This document shows, in pieces, positions 1-12,574 of a stretch of 64,000 nucleotides of DNA. A program made the translations under genes and the position numbers. Origin of the DNA: Lama guanicoe (taxonomy: Eukaryota); contig MU054323.1 of NCBI GenBank assembly GCA_013239625.1, positions 1,798,001-1,862,000 of the forward strand, read 5' to 3'. Each line of letters starts with the position of its first letter. The stretch's first letter is position 1. The notes below the pieces were generated by a model. That model saw nothing but the letters and a program-made list of their open reading frames with translations, did not search any database and was not told where the DNA came from.

Positions 1-24
1 CTTTTCTCTATCCATTGTCTCACT

Positions 25-175
25 GTCTTCAGAACAATCCAGTAAGACAGGTACTGTTATTTGGCTTCATTTTAAAGATGAAGATTCAGACTCAGAGAGA
101 CTTAAGAATTTGTACAGGGTCACACAACAGATGGGATCCGACCCCAGACCTTACGCTCTGACCACCTTATCATGC
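25..175 (-). mobile_element. MIR SINE relic
   Basis: Resembles the reverse complement of the MIR core: 'cattttaaagatgaagattcagactcagagagacttaagaatttgtacagggtcacacaac'. Confidence 0.7.
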
Positions 176-2419
176 TGCCCTACGGATAATGGCTGGGAAG
201 GTCAGAAACCCACTTCCTTCTCTTCCTCTCATAGCATGTGTTAGTGTGAGTTTTGTGTCCTCAAGGCTGACTTTTCTGCGCAAAATGGAATATTTAACAG
301 TAACCCTGGTTTCAGATATCAGTGCTTAATTTTTTATGGTTAAAAATTCAAAAGCCCAGTTTTTCTTTAACCTTCTAAGTTAATTTACAAATATGATACT
401 ATTTATATAGTTAGTATATTTAATAATCAGTTTGAGTCATAACAACTTAAGTTCCCTTTATATTTCAAGCTGTATTTATAGATTTAATGTATCTGGTTTC
501 ATGAAGTACACCAGTTGTCTGACTTACAACTAAAACCTTCCCAGGTAATTAAATAGCTTATAAATCTAATAAATTAAGCTTATAATTATGGTGAATTTGA
601 ATTCTCTCAAATATTCCAATGCTGTGAATATAAACTTTGGAAAAATTTCAGTTTTAAAAGGTCTAAGTTAATTATTCAATTGTATATTTTAAATTGAAAT
701 TGCAGGCCTCATCTGCAAGAAAATAAGCCAATTTTTTTAAAGTAACAGAATCTTTCCTAAATATAAAAATGTTAAAAATGTCATTTTAAAATACATTTGC
801 ATACTTAATGCTAAGTCATCTTGGTTAAAAGATGCTTATCGACTAATAAAATAATTATATCATCCTAAGCGAATTCGAGAGATAACAGTAGATCAAGGCC
901 GAACAACAAATGCCCCAAAACTGCCCAGATTTTTATTAGTGACAGTATCCAGCCCTGGGCTTTATTTATATCTGTACCATAGCCTCCAAAATTTAAAGGA
1001 GTCTGTCACACAGCCCTCATTTTTTCTTTTTTTAATTAAGTATTCTTGACTTAATTCTTCTGGCCACTCAAGTAAACCTTCATCCCTACTCAGGGGATAT
1101 TTTTGCATCTTTGGCTCTTAAGACATTTAAACATCTTCCAGTCTAATTCAAAAGATCTTCAATCACGACCCAATTTAATTGTTTTAACTTTAATTTTAAT
1201 TTTTTTTAGTTTTTAAGGACACATTTTTTTTCTGGATATTAACATTATTTTTGATTAAATTTTAGTTATCTTTCTTGGCTTTGTCTGACAGGAAATCCCA
1301 GATTTCGAGATCTTTGTCCAGGGTCAATAAGTGACACAAGCCAGGTGGGTGGAGATGTGAATATCACCTTTATTACTAGGGAAGGCAGTTTGGAGGCTGG
1401 AGACTGGCTGCACCGTGCTACTTCCCAGTTGCCTTCCCTACCCTATTCCCAGTTGAGACCTTGGGACATCCCATCAGAGGGAGAGCCTGAAAACCAGAAG
1501 ATTGCTCAACTAGCTATGAGACGAATTAAGGTTTCAGAGCCTCAAGAGTAGGAAAGAGAACAAAACCACAAATGGGTATTGTTTTAAATATTAACTCCAC
1601 ACAGACCAGAAACGTGGCACTCACCAAAGAGACACACATTTCCCCAGAAGGTAAAGAATTTTACTCTAGATAAGAATTCCATTCATAGAAATAAAAGGAA
1701 AGGACATTAGGGGTCTGTCTAAAAGTTCTGAGCAGTAAATGGGAAAAATAGTTGTTACAAATATTGAAAATTTGAAAGTTCTACTTAACCGTAAGTTACA
1801 TTGATTATTGTGTCTAAAGGCTCTGAATGCTTGAATTCTTTATGGAAAGAGATGCTTGTGATTCCCTATGCCTTGAACAGCAATTTTAATATACTGGAGA
1901 AACAAAATAGGGCAGGAGCGATAACACGGTGAATGGATGGGGAAGACTATTTAATGCAATAGCAACAAATATGAAGTATTTGGATTATCCACAACCTTTC
2001 TGCTCCAATAGTGTGGCTGATTGAGAGTTGACTGTGGAAATTTTTATTCAGCTATGCTTTTTAATCTCCATAAATCAGCGACTGCCATAAATCAGCAGGA
2101 AGGCTGGCTCATGCTTTTTGCCTGACTCACCGTTAACTGTATGGGGTTGATGGAACTTAGGAGAATTGACAGAAGGTGATTTTCTTTAAGATTCCAGAAC
2201 CCAAGTCCTTTGCAAAAGGTATGCATTTTAACCCTGTGATGAGTCTACAGCCAGCCCCTGAATTGGACTTCTCTCCTTAAAGGGAAAGATGGTAAACTCT
2301 CCTCCAACTCTATCTTGTCTCCCAGAGGACTGTACCCTTTTCATGGGGACCAGGAGATGGATAGGATAAAAATCCTTACCTGTAATTCCTGGTCCAGGGC
2401 ACCAGCCTCTTCTTCCAAG

Positions 2420-3540
2420 ATGATCATAATAGCTTCCTAACTGGTCTCGCTGCTTTTACTCATGCTCCTTACAGTCTATTTCCCAGATAATTATTCTATT
2501 ATTAGAGCTATTATTCTATTAGATAGATAGAATAGAAAATAGATACAATTATTCTATTAAATAGAGCCCAGAATAGTTATTTCAAGATATCGAATAAGAA
2601 TATGTCACTGACCTGTTCAATACCGTCCAAATCTTTCTTTTCCAAATCTCAAAATCCCTATTTAACATGGCTTATAGCCCCTGTGTGATCTGGCTGGTCC
2701 CCGGCTACCTCTCCACTGTCATCTCCCACTATTCTCTCTGCTCACTTCCTCCAGCCATGCCCACCTCATTTACTGCTTCTCCAGAACAGTGAGCATGCTT
2801 TGCACTACTATTCTCTCCTGCCCCAGATACTCATGGCTTAAGTCATCATGGCATCTAGGTCTCTGTTTAAATGTCCTTCATTAAAAAGACCCACTGTTAC
2901 GAGATAAATTTTGTTCCCCAAAGTTCATATGTGGAAGCCTTAACCTCCAATACCTCCGAATATGACTGCTTTGGAGATAGGGCCTTTAAAAAGGTAAATA
3001 AGTTAAAATGAGGCTATTAGAGCAAGCTTTAGTTTGGTCAGACTGATGCCCTTTTATGGAGGCATTTGGACAGACACAAGGGATCGGAGTACACAGAGAA
3101 AAGACCACGTGAGAACACAGTGACAAAGAGGCCCCTCTACATGTCAATGAGAGAGGGCTTAGAAGAAACCAACACTGCAGCACCTTGATGTTGGGCTTCT
3201 AGCCTGCAGAACTGTGAGAAAATGAGCTTCTGTTGTTTAAGGCTCCCAGCCTATGATGCCTTGTTCTGGCACGTCCAGCAAGTTAATACACTCATCCTGA
3301 CCACTCCATTAACAGCATGCTTCCCCTCCCGTAACCTCACTTTATTTTCCTTCATAGTACTTTTCCTGTGACATTACATTATATATTTGTTTTCCTTTTC
3401 ATTTATTTCCTGTTCTCATACTCACATGTAAGCTCCGTGAAGACTGGGACTTGACTATGCTCATTGTTGTAACAACTAGCACCGTGCCTGGCTCACAGCA
3501 GGTGCCCAATATTCATTAATAAAAAAATAGATGGAATAAA
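2420..3540 (+). mobile_element. L2 LINE 3' relic interrupted by an MLT1 LTR
   Basis: L2-like 'aatagcttcctaactggtctc' and an L2 3' terminus 'tgtaagctccgtgaag...agcaccgtgcctggctcacagcaggtgcccaata'. Confidence 0.7.
2895..3290 (+). mobile_element. MLT1 (ERVL-MaLR) solo LTR, MLT1B/C-like
   Basis: Runs tgttac...agttaataca with MLT1 hallmarks ('caccttgatgttgggcttctagcctgcagaactgtgagaaaatgagcttctgttgtttaag'). Degenerate 5-bp TSD cccac/ctcat. Confidence 0.85.
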
Positions 3541-4484
3541 TTGTTAAGATTTCTTGTCTCCCTGGTCTTTCTGCACCTATCCATATTCCATCTCTGTGAA
3601 GCCTTCCTTGGCTCCCTTCCTGGCTTTCTGGGAACCCTCTACCCCCAGGTCTTCCATTGAGAGCACAGACACTGGACCTCCCCTTTTGTGCCCTGATGGC
3701 TCATTACCTCTTGAGTGCTCGGTGATGCTGCTTGATCTTGTGTTTATTATTTTCCACCAGCAAAGGAAGGTTTACCTGAAAAGGAGTTTTGCACTTGGCC
3801 CTAAGTGTGGTGCATCTCTATACTTATGGCTAAAGTATGTATTTTCAACCATTTTCCTGGCATTTGAATTGCACAGTCAGCCTGATCCTTATCTTACTGA
3901 GTGAGGCTGAGAGGAGGGCTCAGATAAATGCAGCTAATGTTTGTCCAGCCCAGGAGACACAGGCACAAAGGAAGCACTAATCAATAACTTTGCTGAGCTT
4001 TGCTGAAAACTCGCAATTTTGATGCTCTAAAGACTGTGATGATTCCAATAGCTGAGTGGTGATGCCACACTCAGAACTGGGTCCATCTGCAGGGTTGCCA
4101 GAATAAGACGATGTAGATGGCTGGGTTCTCATTTGTAATGGAAGCATGGGCTGGGGCCAAAAATTTGTGCAAACTCTCCAGGTCGGCATTCAAGGCCTTC
4201 CCCAAACTGCTTCTATGCCTTGTCTCCTACTGTTCTATGTGAAGCTTCTGTTTCACTTCCAGCAGAATGCTTATCACTTCCTGGGCACACCCTTGACCTT
4301 CCCTTCTCTTGCAGATGCCTTCCACCTGATTCCTTTCTCCCTGGTTAGTAGACAGGCAGCTGGATGAGAATAGGCATTACCTTTGCTTTGATACTAGACT
4401 GTATTCTTGCACATCTCATTTTTATCTGAAGATGTTACCCATTCTCCATGGCTGTTCTTGGTTAATAACACCAAGTGGCTAACA

Positions 4485-4610
4485 GTCAGTGAGCAGTTAC
4501 TATGTGCCAGGAGCTCTCCTTAGTTTTTAACACAGGGTAATGTATCCGATTCTTACAATGATGCTGTGATACAGGTACTAATGTTATGTCCAGTCATAGA
4601 TGAGGGAACA
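4485..4610 (-). mobile_element. MIR SINE relic
   Basis: 'gagcagttactatgtgccagg...acaggtactaatgttatgtccagtcatagatgagggaac' matches the MIR reverse strand. Confidence 0.6.
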
Positions 4611-6689
4611 GTAACAGGGATGCCATATCCACTTCTGCAAGAAACCCCTCCTGATCTCTCTTATTTATCTGCTTACCTTCTTCATTAAACTTCAACAGCC
4701 CTTCTGTCACTTCACTTGTGTGGCTTCATAGAGCAGTACCAGGTATACTTGTCCAACTCCTACTGCTGGTCTATGAGTCCTTAAGAGCAAAGACCACATC
4801 TTAATCTTTTTATCCACCATATTACTTCTTGCTAGACACAAGTGCTTAAGAACTGCTCCTTGTGTTGGCTTGAATTGCCTTCTTGGCCCTGGAAGTCCTA
4901 GGTTTGCTGTTGAGAGTGTCCCAGGACTCAGATCTCAATATATAGGAGGGGTCCCAACCTAATTCCAACCAGTTCTTTAGCTGTGATTTCGAGGTGTTGG
5001 CATGACGGGGCCCAGGACCACAGCTCCTTCTTAAGAACAGACCGAGCCAGCAGCTCAGGTGTCATTGCCTCTCTTTGGTACTGGAGGAGACTTGGGATGG
5101 TTTTAGCAATGCCACGGCGATGGAACTCATTTAGGATAATTGGTCTCCTCCCGTCCGCTGGGCTCCCGGGCTGGAAATATTAAACACATCTCTCAAAACT
5201 CTAGCATGACTTTTACTCGTGTTTCAAGACTAGCCCTCCTCTCCAGGAAGATTCCTCTTCCTTCATCTCTTCCTCTCATCTCTTCCAACACCAGTGTATG
5301 TCCCATTCACAGGGCATGAAACACGACGGCCCTGTGTGGCATTTAACTTTCTGTGGGTGTGTCTGTCTCATGTCTTGAACGTGACTGAAAACTCCCAGAG
5401 ACCAGAGGTGGAGCCTTGTACTTCCTTCAAGCTCCATGACTGGGTGCCGAACTGGAAAAGCTACCTTTGTGATGGATCCACTAATCATACACCACACGCT
5501 CCCAGGCACTATGCGGATCAGATAGGTCCTATGGGACCAGACGACTGAGCAGATAATGAAATAAGCCAGGATGCACCACAGGTGTATCTGTGATAAATGA
5601 AAAAATTTCAGAGAAATGTTTGGAATCTAATATCATGCCTTAATGGCCACTATGGAAATCGTCCATAAATTAAAGAGTGAGACTTTAGAAATGTCAAGAA
5701 GCCTGCTCAGTTTGCCCATCAATGAAGTGAAGAGTCAAGGTTTGAATTCAGGTCTTTCAAAGCCAACTCTGCTTTTCACACTCATTATGCTTACACTTAA
5801 TTGTTAAAGGATGCTGGAACTGGAAACCAGCCCTAAGCTCACTGGCAAGGGGAGAGAATTAAGCATTCCAGAGATCTGTCTTCACTCCTTAATGTTTGTT
5901 TCCTCAGAATACCGCTGAGCCAGGTTTCCATTTTCTTTAGTCCTGGCTTTGTCAATGTGCAAAGCCATTTACCATTAATTAAATTGATTCTTATCTTCAA
6001 ACTTCTTCTGGATAATGCATTTGTATTTGCCAAAGGAGCTTCCCTAAAGGCATGTTAATGATGTATTAGCTTTCCATTGTCCTTTTTTTTTGGTCCCGTA
6101 TTCTAGGCCTTCCATTTCTAAGAACAATAATTGTGGCTGTCATTATCATGACACAGAAGGAAGCAAAAGGTTCCGTCCTCCCAGAGAGAGGAATCCCTAT
6201 TAGTAACAATGATGCAGGCTTTGTTCTTTGTCTGAGAGCTTCCCTGAAACAATGGTGGGACTCTGGCTCTCGGATGTGCTGAATTCACAGTCAGACATTA
6301 TGACGGCTGAGACACTATCTTCCATGGTGATTGATGGGAGCCTGGATTACTGCAATTACGCAAGATGGGAAGGAAATGCCGAATCCCCCAAAGCTTGGGA
6401 ACACCATTGTGTTTTATTTTGTGCCAAAGTGCTTTTATGTCATGATGTGAAACAATAAAATTTATTGCATGCTTTAATTTGAAACCCTCCTTTATTATAA
6501 ACATCCTTAGGGGTATTACGGAACTGTTTTGGTGTTCCATGTTTCACCTCGTTTAATTCTTCCAACTGTAAAATGAGACTAGAGGTCTTTATGGCCTGGG
6601 AATAAAAGATGTGATAAAGTGGAGATATCAAAGCACGGTGACTTGAGGATATTTCTCTCCAAACTCAAAATACTTGCAAGTTGAACCTT

Positions 6690-7080
6690 TTAATTTATTT
6701 TTATTTTATTTTTTGAAATATAGTTGATTTACAATATTGTATTAGTTTTAGGTGTACAACAAAGTAGCTCAGTTATTTTTATTTCAGATTATTTTCCAAA
6801 ACAGGTTATTACAAGATACTGAATATATTTCCCTGTGCTATACAGTAAATCCTTGTTGCTTATCTATTTTATGTATAGTAGTTTGCATCTGTTAATCCCA
6901 TATTCCTAATTTATCCATCCCTTTTTCCCTTCCTATCCCTTTTGGTAACCGTAAGTTTGTTTTCCATGTCTGTGAGTCTGTTTCTGTTTTATATACAGAT
7001 TCATTTGTATTATTTTTTAGATTTCACATAGAAGTTATATCATATAGTATTTGTCTTTCTCTGTCTGACTTACTTCACTA
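6690..7080 (-). mobile_element. 5'-truncated L1 3' end
   Basis: T-rich tail followed by the reverse complement of the L1 3'UTR ('atatagttgatttacaatattgt...ccctgtgctatacagtaaatcc...tctgacttacttcact'). Confidence 0.9.
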
Positions 7081-7944
7081 TAGCAACTCCAAGTTTGAAG
7101 GCCTCCCTTTGAGATGGGCTGGAAGCCCATACAGTACAGTGTATATATAGCTGGAGATGATAAGACATTAGGACAGAGAAGAAGCTTGACTTGTTGGCAT
7201 CACCCAGAAGAGCAGTGGAGAAACAGAAACGAGAATTCAGACTTCCAGGTTAGTCCATAGCTACTTCTTCATTGTGGAATTAAACCCATGAGGGAGCTCT
7301 AGAATCCAGCCCCATGGGTTTCCTCTGTTCTGCTAAGAATTTATACATCATTAATGGCCAGACGATGGATTCTTTAAATCTCGACATAACTCTGACTATT
7401 TTATCTTCTAAGTACATCTCAAATCCACTTACCTCTTTTTCTCTCCCTCAGCCACACCCTCATTCAAGTCACCACAATCTCATCTGGGACTCTGTACACT
7501 GTCTTTAATGGTCAACTAATATCTACTCTTACTACACTCCCCAATCCATTCTCCATTCTGCATCCAGAATTACAAAGGTGTCAGAGAAGGTGGGGCTGGC
7601 AGATTCCGGGGGCCAGGCTGGGAGAAGAGAAGCAGAGACATGCTGTGTGGGTGACGTCTTGGAGGAGATTACTTCAGGGCTTCCCTGCTCTTAGAAGTCA
7701 TGGACTTCTCTCTCCTTAATGCTTGTTTGGCAAAGGGATTTTAATTAGTAGAAAGAGGCAGACTGGACCTCATTATCCCCAGGCAATGATCCTGTTCCAG
7801 AATGAGGAGAGAACCAGCCAGCATGTGTGCCCAGAAAATGCTAGAGATATCAGGGAACTGTTGAGTGTGAGAGCGGAAAGGTTTTCCTGGTCCAAACAAA
7901 AGAAAAGTGGATCATGTGATTCCAGTTAGCATGAAAACAATGGT

Positions 7945-8048
7945 CTATATATATCTATGACTATATATATATATATATATATATATAGTCATAGATATAT
8001 ATAGTGTGTCATATATATATATAGTGTGTGTGTGTGTGTGTGTGTGTA
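7945..8048. repeat. Compound (TA)n/(TG)n microsatellite containing a perfect 60-bp palindrome (7945-8004)
   Basis: ctatatatatctatgac-(ta)13-gtcatagatatatatag, followed by further TA and TG runs. Confidence 0.95.
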
Positions 8049-8451
8049 TTTGTGTGAAAGTTTCCTGTGAGTGACCTATCCCATGCATTGGCACGTGTCT
8101 CCCTGTTTTCCAGATGTGTGAGCCATCTTGCAGAACACAAGTCCTCACATTTAAGTGTGCATCAGAATCACATGCAGAACTTCTTAAAACAGTTCCTGAG
8201 TCTACCATCAAAAACTCAGATTTGGGGAGCCCAGAGTGAGTTGAGGTATATGTATCTTTTTTTTTTGGTCTAAAATTATTATTTTTAAAAATTGTAGTGA
8301 AACACATATCACATAAAATTGGTCATCTTAACCATTTTCAGTGTACAGGTCAGAGGCGTTAAGTACATTCACATTGTCATGCCATCATTACTACCATCCA
8401 TCTTCAGAACTCTTTTCACCTTGCATAACTAAAATTTAGTACTGTACCTAT

Positions 8452-8787
8452 TGTGAAAAATTAATAAACAGAAACCTCAATTAAATAGACCTGGAAGACC
8501 AGAAGGGAGCGTTCTCAAGCTCTGTGACCATAGCAGAGCCCAATAGGAAGAAGAAAGACTCCTCTTCTTTCCTGGCAAAGACTCACCAATAAAAAGCCAT
8601 GGATTCTTTGTTCACTACAGCACTCCCGACTTCTGTTTTCCCTCTATAATAGAGTTCACCTTCCCTTGCTATTCAGGAACTCACACATGGCTCTTAATGG
8701 TTGCAGACTCCAATTGCAATTCTTTCCTCCTAAATAGACCCATCTTTGCTGGAGAAATATCTAATAGTCTATGTTTTCAAGTCAACA
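8452..8787 (+). mobile_element. ERV1-like (MER34/MER39-group-like) solo LTR
   Basis: TG...CA termini (tgtgaaaaa...gtcaaca), 336 bp, CCAAT and TATA-like 'ctctataat' motifs. It interrupts otherwise contiguous L1MB sequence. Confidence 0.75.
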
Positions 8788-9004
8788 CCACTAAACACTA
8801 AATCCCCATTTTCCCCTCCCCCTAGTTTCTGGTGACCACCATTCTACTTTCTGTCTTTACGTGACCACTCTAGGTGTGTCCTACAAGTGGAATCATACAT
8901 ATTTGTCTCTTTGTGACTGGCTTCTTTCACCTAATATTCAAGGCCAATCCATGCTGTAGCATATGTCAGGATTGCCTTCCTTTTCAAGGCTGAGTAATAT
9001 TCTA

Positions 9005-9006
<2 letters not shown>

Positions 9007-9047
<41 letters not shown>
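9007..9047. repeat. (GT)20 microsatellite
   Basis: Perfect GT dinucleotide run. Confidence 0.98.
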
Positions 9048-9048
<1 letters not shown>

Positions 9049-9529
9049 CATTTTGTTTATCCATTCATTTGTTCATGAACACCTGGGTAACTTCTACTTT
9101 TTGGCTATTGCAAATAATATTATGAACCCAGGTGTATAAATACCTCTTTGAGACTCTGCTTTCAATCCTTATGGCAGTCTTCATTGTTTACCAGCTTCCC
9201 AGGTGACCTTAGCGCAGATGGTGCTCAGCCCACACTTTGAGAATGTGGGTCTTGTGGAAGGCACCAGCTAAATGTGGATGCAAATTCTGGCCCGCACTGC
9301 TGTTGTGTCCCTAGGCAGTGATCTATCTTGGCATTCCTCAAAAGGGCCTGCTTGAACCAGAACATTTAATGTTATGTCTCAAAATGAAAATGGCAGAATA
9401 TAAATTGTAATGTAGGTAAGCTTTTGAAGGTAATACTTGTCAGAGTTGTGAAAAGTACACTGTTCACAGAATCAAGGTTACCTTCCCTATCTAGACAAGG
9501 AAAAGGATAGCTTTTTACTAACCAAACAT

Positions 9530-9720
9530 GTTCTTACCCTGTGCCAGACATAGTTAAGCATTTTCATATATGTCTTTCATTGATCCTCACCACAGCTCTA
9601 TAGGAAGGGCACTTATTATTAATTCTCCCATTTTCCAGCGTGGAAATTGAACCTTGGAAGATGTATATGACTTGTAAAATGTCACATACCTGGACTTGAC
9701 TAGACTCTTGACTCGAAACT
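9530..9720 (-). mobile_element. MIR SINE relic
   Basis: 'tgtgccagacatagttaagc...tcctcaccacagctctataggaagggcacttattattaattctcccattttccagcgtggaaattga'. Confidence 0.75.
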
Positions 9721-10449
9721 CTCTCCTCTATACTAGAACATACATGGAACTTTGAGCCTTTACTGCTCAGGAATTCATAGCTGGAGAAAGTACCTGGACT
9801 TGATCTGTGATGGGAGTTCCTGCTGGTGAAGGCAGGGCCAGCATTGGGCAGACCTGATAGAGGCAGAAATGAGAGATGCTGGGATGGCCACACATGCAGG
9901 CAGAAGCCTATGGGGGATGCCCCAAGCAGAAGCTCTGAGAAAATTAGGGAAGCGGCTGCATTCGACCCAAGAGGGAGAGAGTGAAGACTTCCTGGTTGGG
10001 CAGGGGCTTCCCTGGTTTGACCCCAGGTTCAGTCAGCATAGCTGGCGGAGGTGCTGGTAGGAGAGGCTGGGGCAGCTTACAGGGTGCAGTGCTTACTGCA
10101 TTGGACCTTATCCCGTCCTGCCCCTGTTTTCCCGACTTCTTCCCTTCTGTCCTTCTTCTCTTCTGTCCTCCCTTGAGAGAGTGGATGGAGGATGTCCTGC
10201 TCACCTGCTCTGGTCTGGAAATTCACACCCCATTCTGGGCCTCAGTTTCACACTGGGAGCAACCACGGAGCAGTGGTTTGAACTGGCTGCTGAAAACCCC
10301 ACATTCTTCAATGACAAAATCCCTTCTGCCTCCGCTGAAGTCTCCTCCTGCCTGAGATGCCCAGTCACGAAGACCTCCAACCCCTTTTGAACTATGAGAA
10401 GACTTAGACCACGGGCTGAAAATTTCAGGAAGGTCTTTGTGAACTTCCT

Positions 10450-11171
10450 CTACACGTGAACTACACTGGTGACTTGGCAGATGAGGAGAATCCAGGCTTT
10501 CAACCTGACCATGGCTGGCTGGTGGATGAAGCCCCTGAACTTGCATATTCACTTTATCCCATCATCTGTCTCGGGCAGTTTCCGGGCTCTGGTTGGCCGG
10601 CTCCACTCTTTGACCCCAAAAGGCCAGCAGACGTGAAAGTAGCTCTTTTGCCCCTTTCTGTTTGCCCATTTCTGTTCCCTCTAACCCCACAAGGACCTAA
10701 TTATAAGAATGCTATCGCTAGGCAATTTAAACTAACTCCTGGCTTATGCTCTCCTGAATGCACACCACGCCTTGCCAGACCTATTGATTTCTTTCCTGGA
10801 TAAAAAGAAGTAAGAATGAAGAATTCGGTAGTTAAAGAATGACTAGCTCTCTATTCCCACAGCCCCCTTGGCAATCCTGCCGGGAGAACACACGGGCAAG
10901 GTAACATCTGAAGAGAGAGTCAGCCTGCGCACAATGGAGAGTGATGCAGAACCCAGTCTCCTGCCTCAGTGATGATTCACTGAGATTCTTCCCCCTTTTC
11001 CCCTTTAAAAACTGTCATGTCTGAGCAGAATCTTCAGAGTTGGTCTTGGGACATGATTCTTTTCCCCAGATTGCCAGCTTTTCTGATTAAAGCATCTTGC
11101 CTTCCTACCGATACTTGCCTCCGGATCATTGGCTTTTGAGTGGCGAGCGGCTGAACCTGAGTTTGGTAACA
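10450..11171 (+). mobile_element. ERV1-like solo LTR (5' boundary uncertain)
   Basis: TATA-like 'ccctttaaaa' (about 11002), poly(A)-like 'attaaa' (about 11086), and a U5 end 'ttggcttttgagtggcgagcggctgaacctgagtttggtaaca'. Several CpGs are retained. Confidence 0.65.
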
Positions 11172-12239
11172 GGCACAGTCTTCTCCTCTGATGCCTCAAG
11201 ATCTTCATGGTCAAGGCCAGGAGAATTTTCTAGCCCTTCTGCCCTTTTCCCTCAGCTACTGTCAGTCACAGTAACTACCTCAGCGAATGACTCCATCTTT
11301 TGTGTGAGACCCCAATCACCAATATCTAGGGTGTTGCATGGTCCCTGATACGGAGTTAAAATATCAGTCCTACACTGACCCTGAGCATCTCTACTGTACC
11401 CTCACTGCACATGCACTGGGGCCAGGGGACCTTCTGACGTGACGCCACGCCAGAAATTTTGTCAGTTCAGACTAACAACAGATCAAGTTTACTTCACTTG
11501 TAAGTATTTTTTGTTGCCGCTAAAACACTAGCTGGCTAATATAGTAAATGAATTACAGCGAGTGACCTATTTCGATCTGTTTAAATTGACCTTTGCTTGA
11601 GTTTTGGTTACAATGATTGTTTCATTTTTAGGCGGAATGAGAGATGACTGCCTTCTTGCAGATCACGGTCACGTTTTCTTGCCTTCATCAGCAAGTAGGG
11701 CAGATGAAGAACAATTAGTCAGCTCCCTAGACTGACTAATTTGGGCATCTGAGAACCAAATTTTCAGCATAGAGCCAGCTCCTCAGTCCCCATGCCCAGC
11801 CAGAGTTGTGCAGGGGCCTTGATAAGCTCTTAATTAAGTCTGTTTGCATCAGGGTACTGGTGCTTAATGCTAAACAGGAGCGTGGGGGCTGGAAAATGAA
11901 CGAAGTGCAGAGTCAGTAGTCTGGATTCTATTTCTGAATTTCTCTCCAGGTAACCTTGGGAAAAGTGTTCACCTCTTAGAGCCCCAGTTCTGCCATCTGC
12001 TTTGTTTTTGTTTTTTAATGGAGAAAAATACCAGTCTACTAAAATTCACACTTCTTAAGTACAAACACTTCCTACGAAATACTTTAAACTAGTTGACACT
12101 AAAGTGTTAGTGACTCATCTATTCATTGTTCTTCCTGTTTTTAAAGGATTATGAATTTTTGTGATCTTCCCGAGTTTATGGAATTGGGCACTAGGCTTAG
12201 CACTTTGTAGCTATAATATCGTTTAAGGCTCCTCTAAGA

Positions 12240-12422
12240 CAGTGGTTCTCGGTCTTTGTATGCAACAGAATCATCTGGAAAACTTGTGAATGCAGATCCC
12301 TCGCCCCACCTCCAGAGTTTCTGATTTAGTGGGTCGGGGTGGGGCCTGAGAATTTGCATTTCTAACAAGGTCCCAGGTGATGCTGACCCTGCTGGCTGAG
12401 GACCACACATTGAGAACCTCTG
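12240..12422 (+). mobile_element. MER5A hAT-Charlie MITE
   Basis: TIRs cagtggttctc / gagaacctctg. Internal 'agaatcatctgga...ggggcctgagaatttgcatttctaacaaggtcccaggtgatgctga'. Confidence 0.9.
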
Positions 12423-12574
12423 CTGTGAGGCATGTGCACTGTGACCTCAATCCTTTATGTCACTGGGACATAAAGAAACAATGCAATCTTTTTCCTAATG
12501 TTTTGGACACTCTTGTTTTAAAAACCCCTTCCTACCACAAGATCACGATGGAATTCTCTGATACTGTCTTCTAA

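Larger units (their letters stand above)
8275..9170 (-). mobile_element. L1MB-type 3' end interrupted by an LTR
   Basis: Starts 'ttgtagtgaaacacatatcacataaaattggtcatcttaaccattttcagtgtacag' and resumes after 8787 with 'ccactaaacactaaatccccatt...accattctactttctgtct...aagtggaatcatac'. Confidence 0.85.
8130..9245. mobile_element. MER5-like hAT-Charlie MITE split into two halves (about 8130-8255 and 9180-9245) by an L1MB insertion
   Basis: Left half 'gtgtgcatcagaatcacatgcagaacttcttaaaacag'. Right half 'ttttaccagcttcccaggtgacc...cccacactttgagaa'. Confidence 0.6.
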
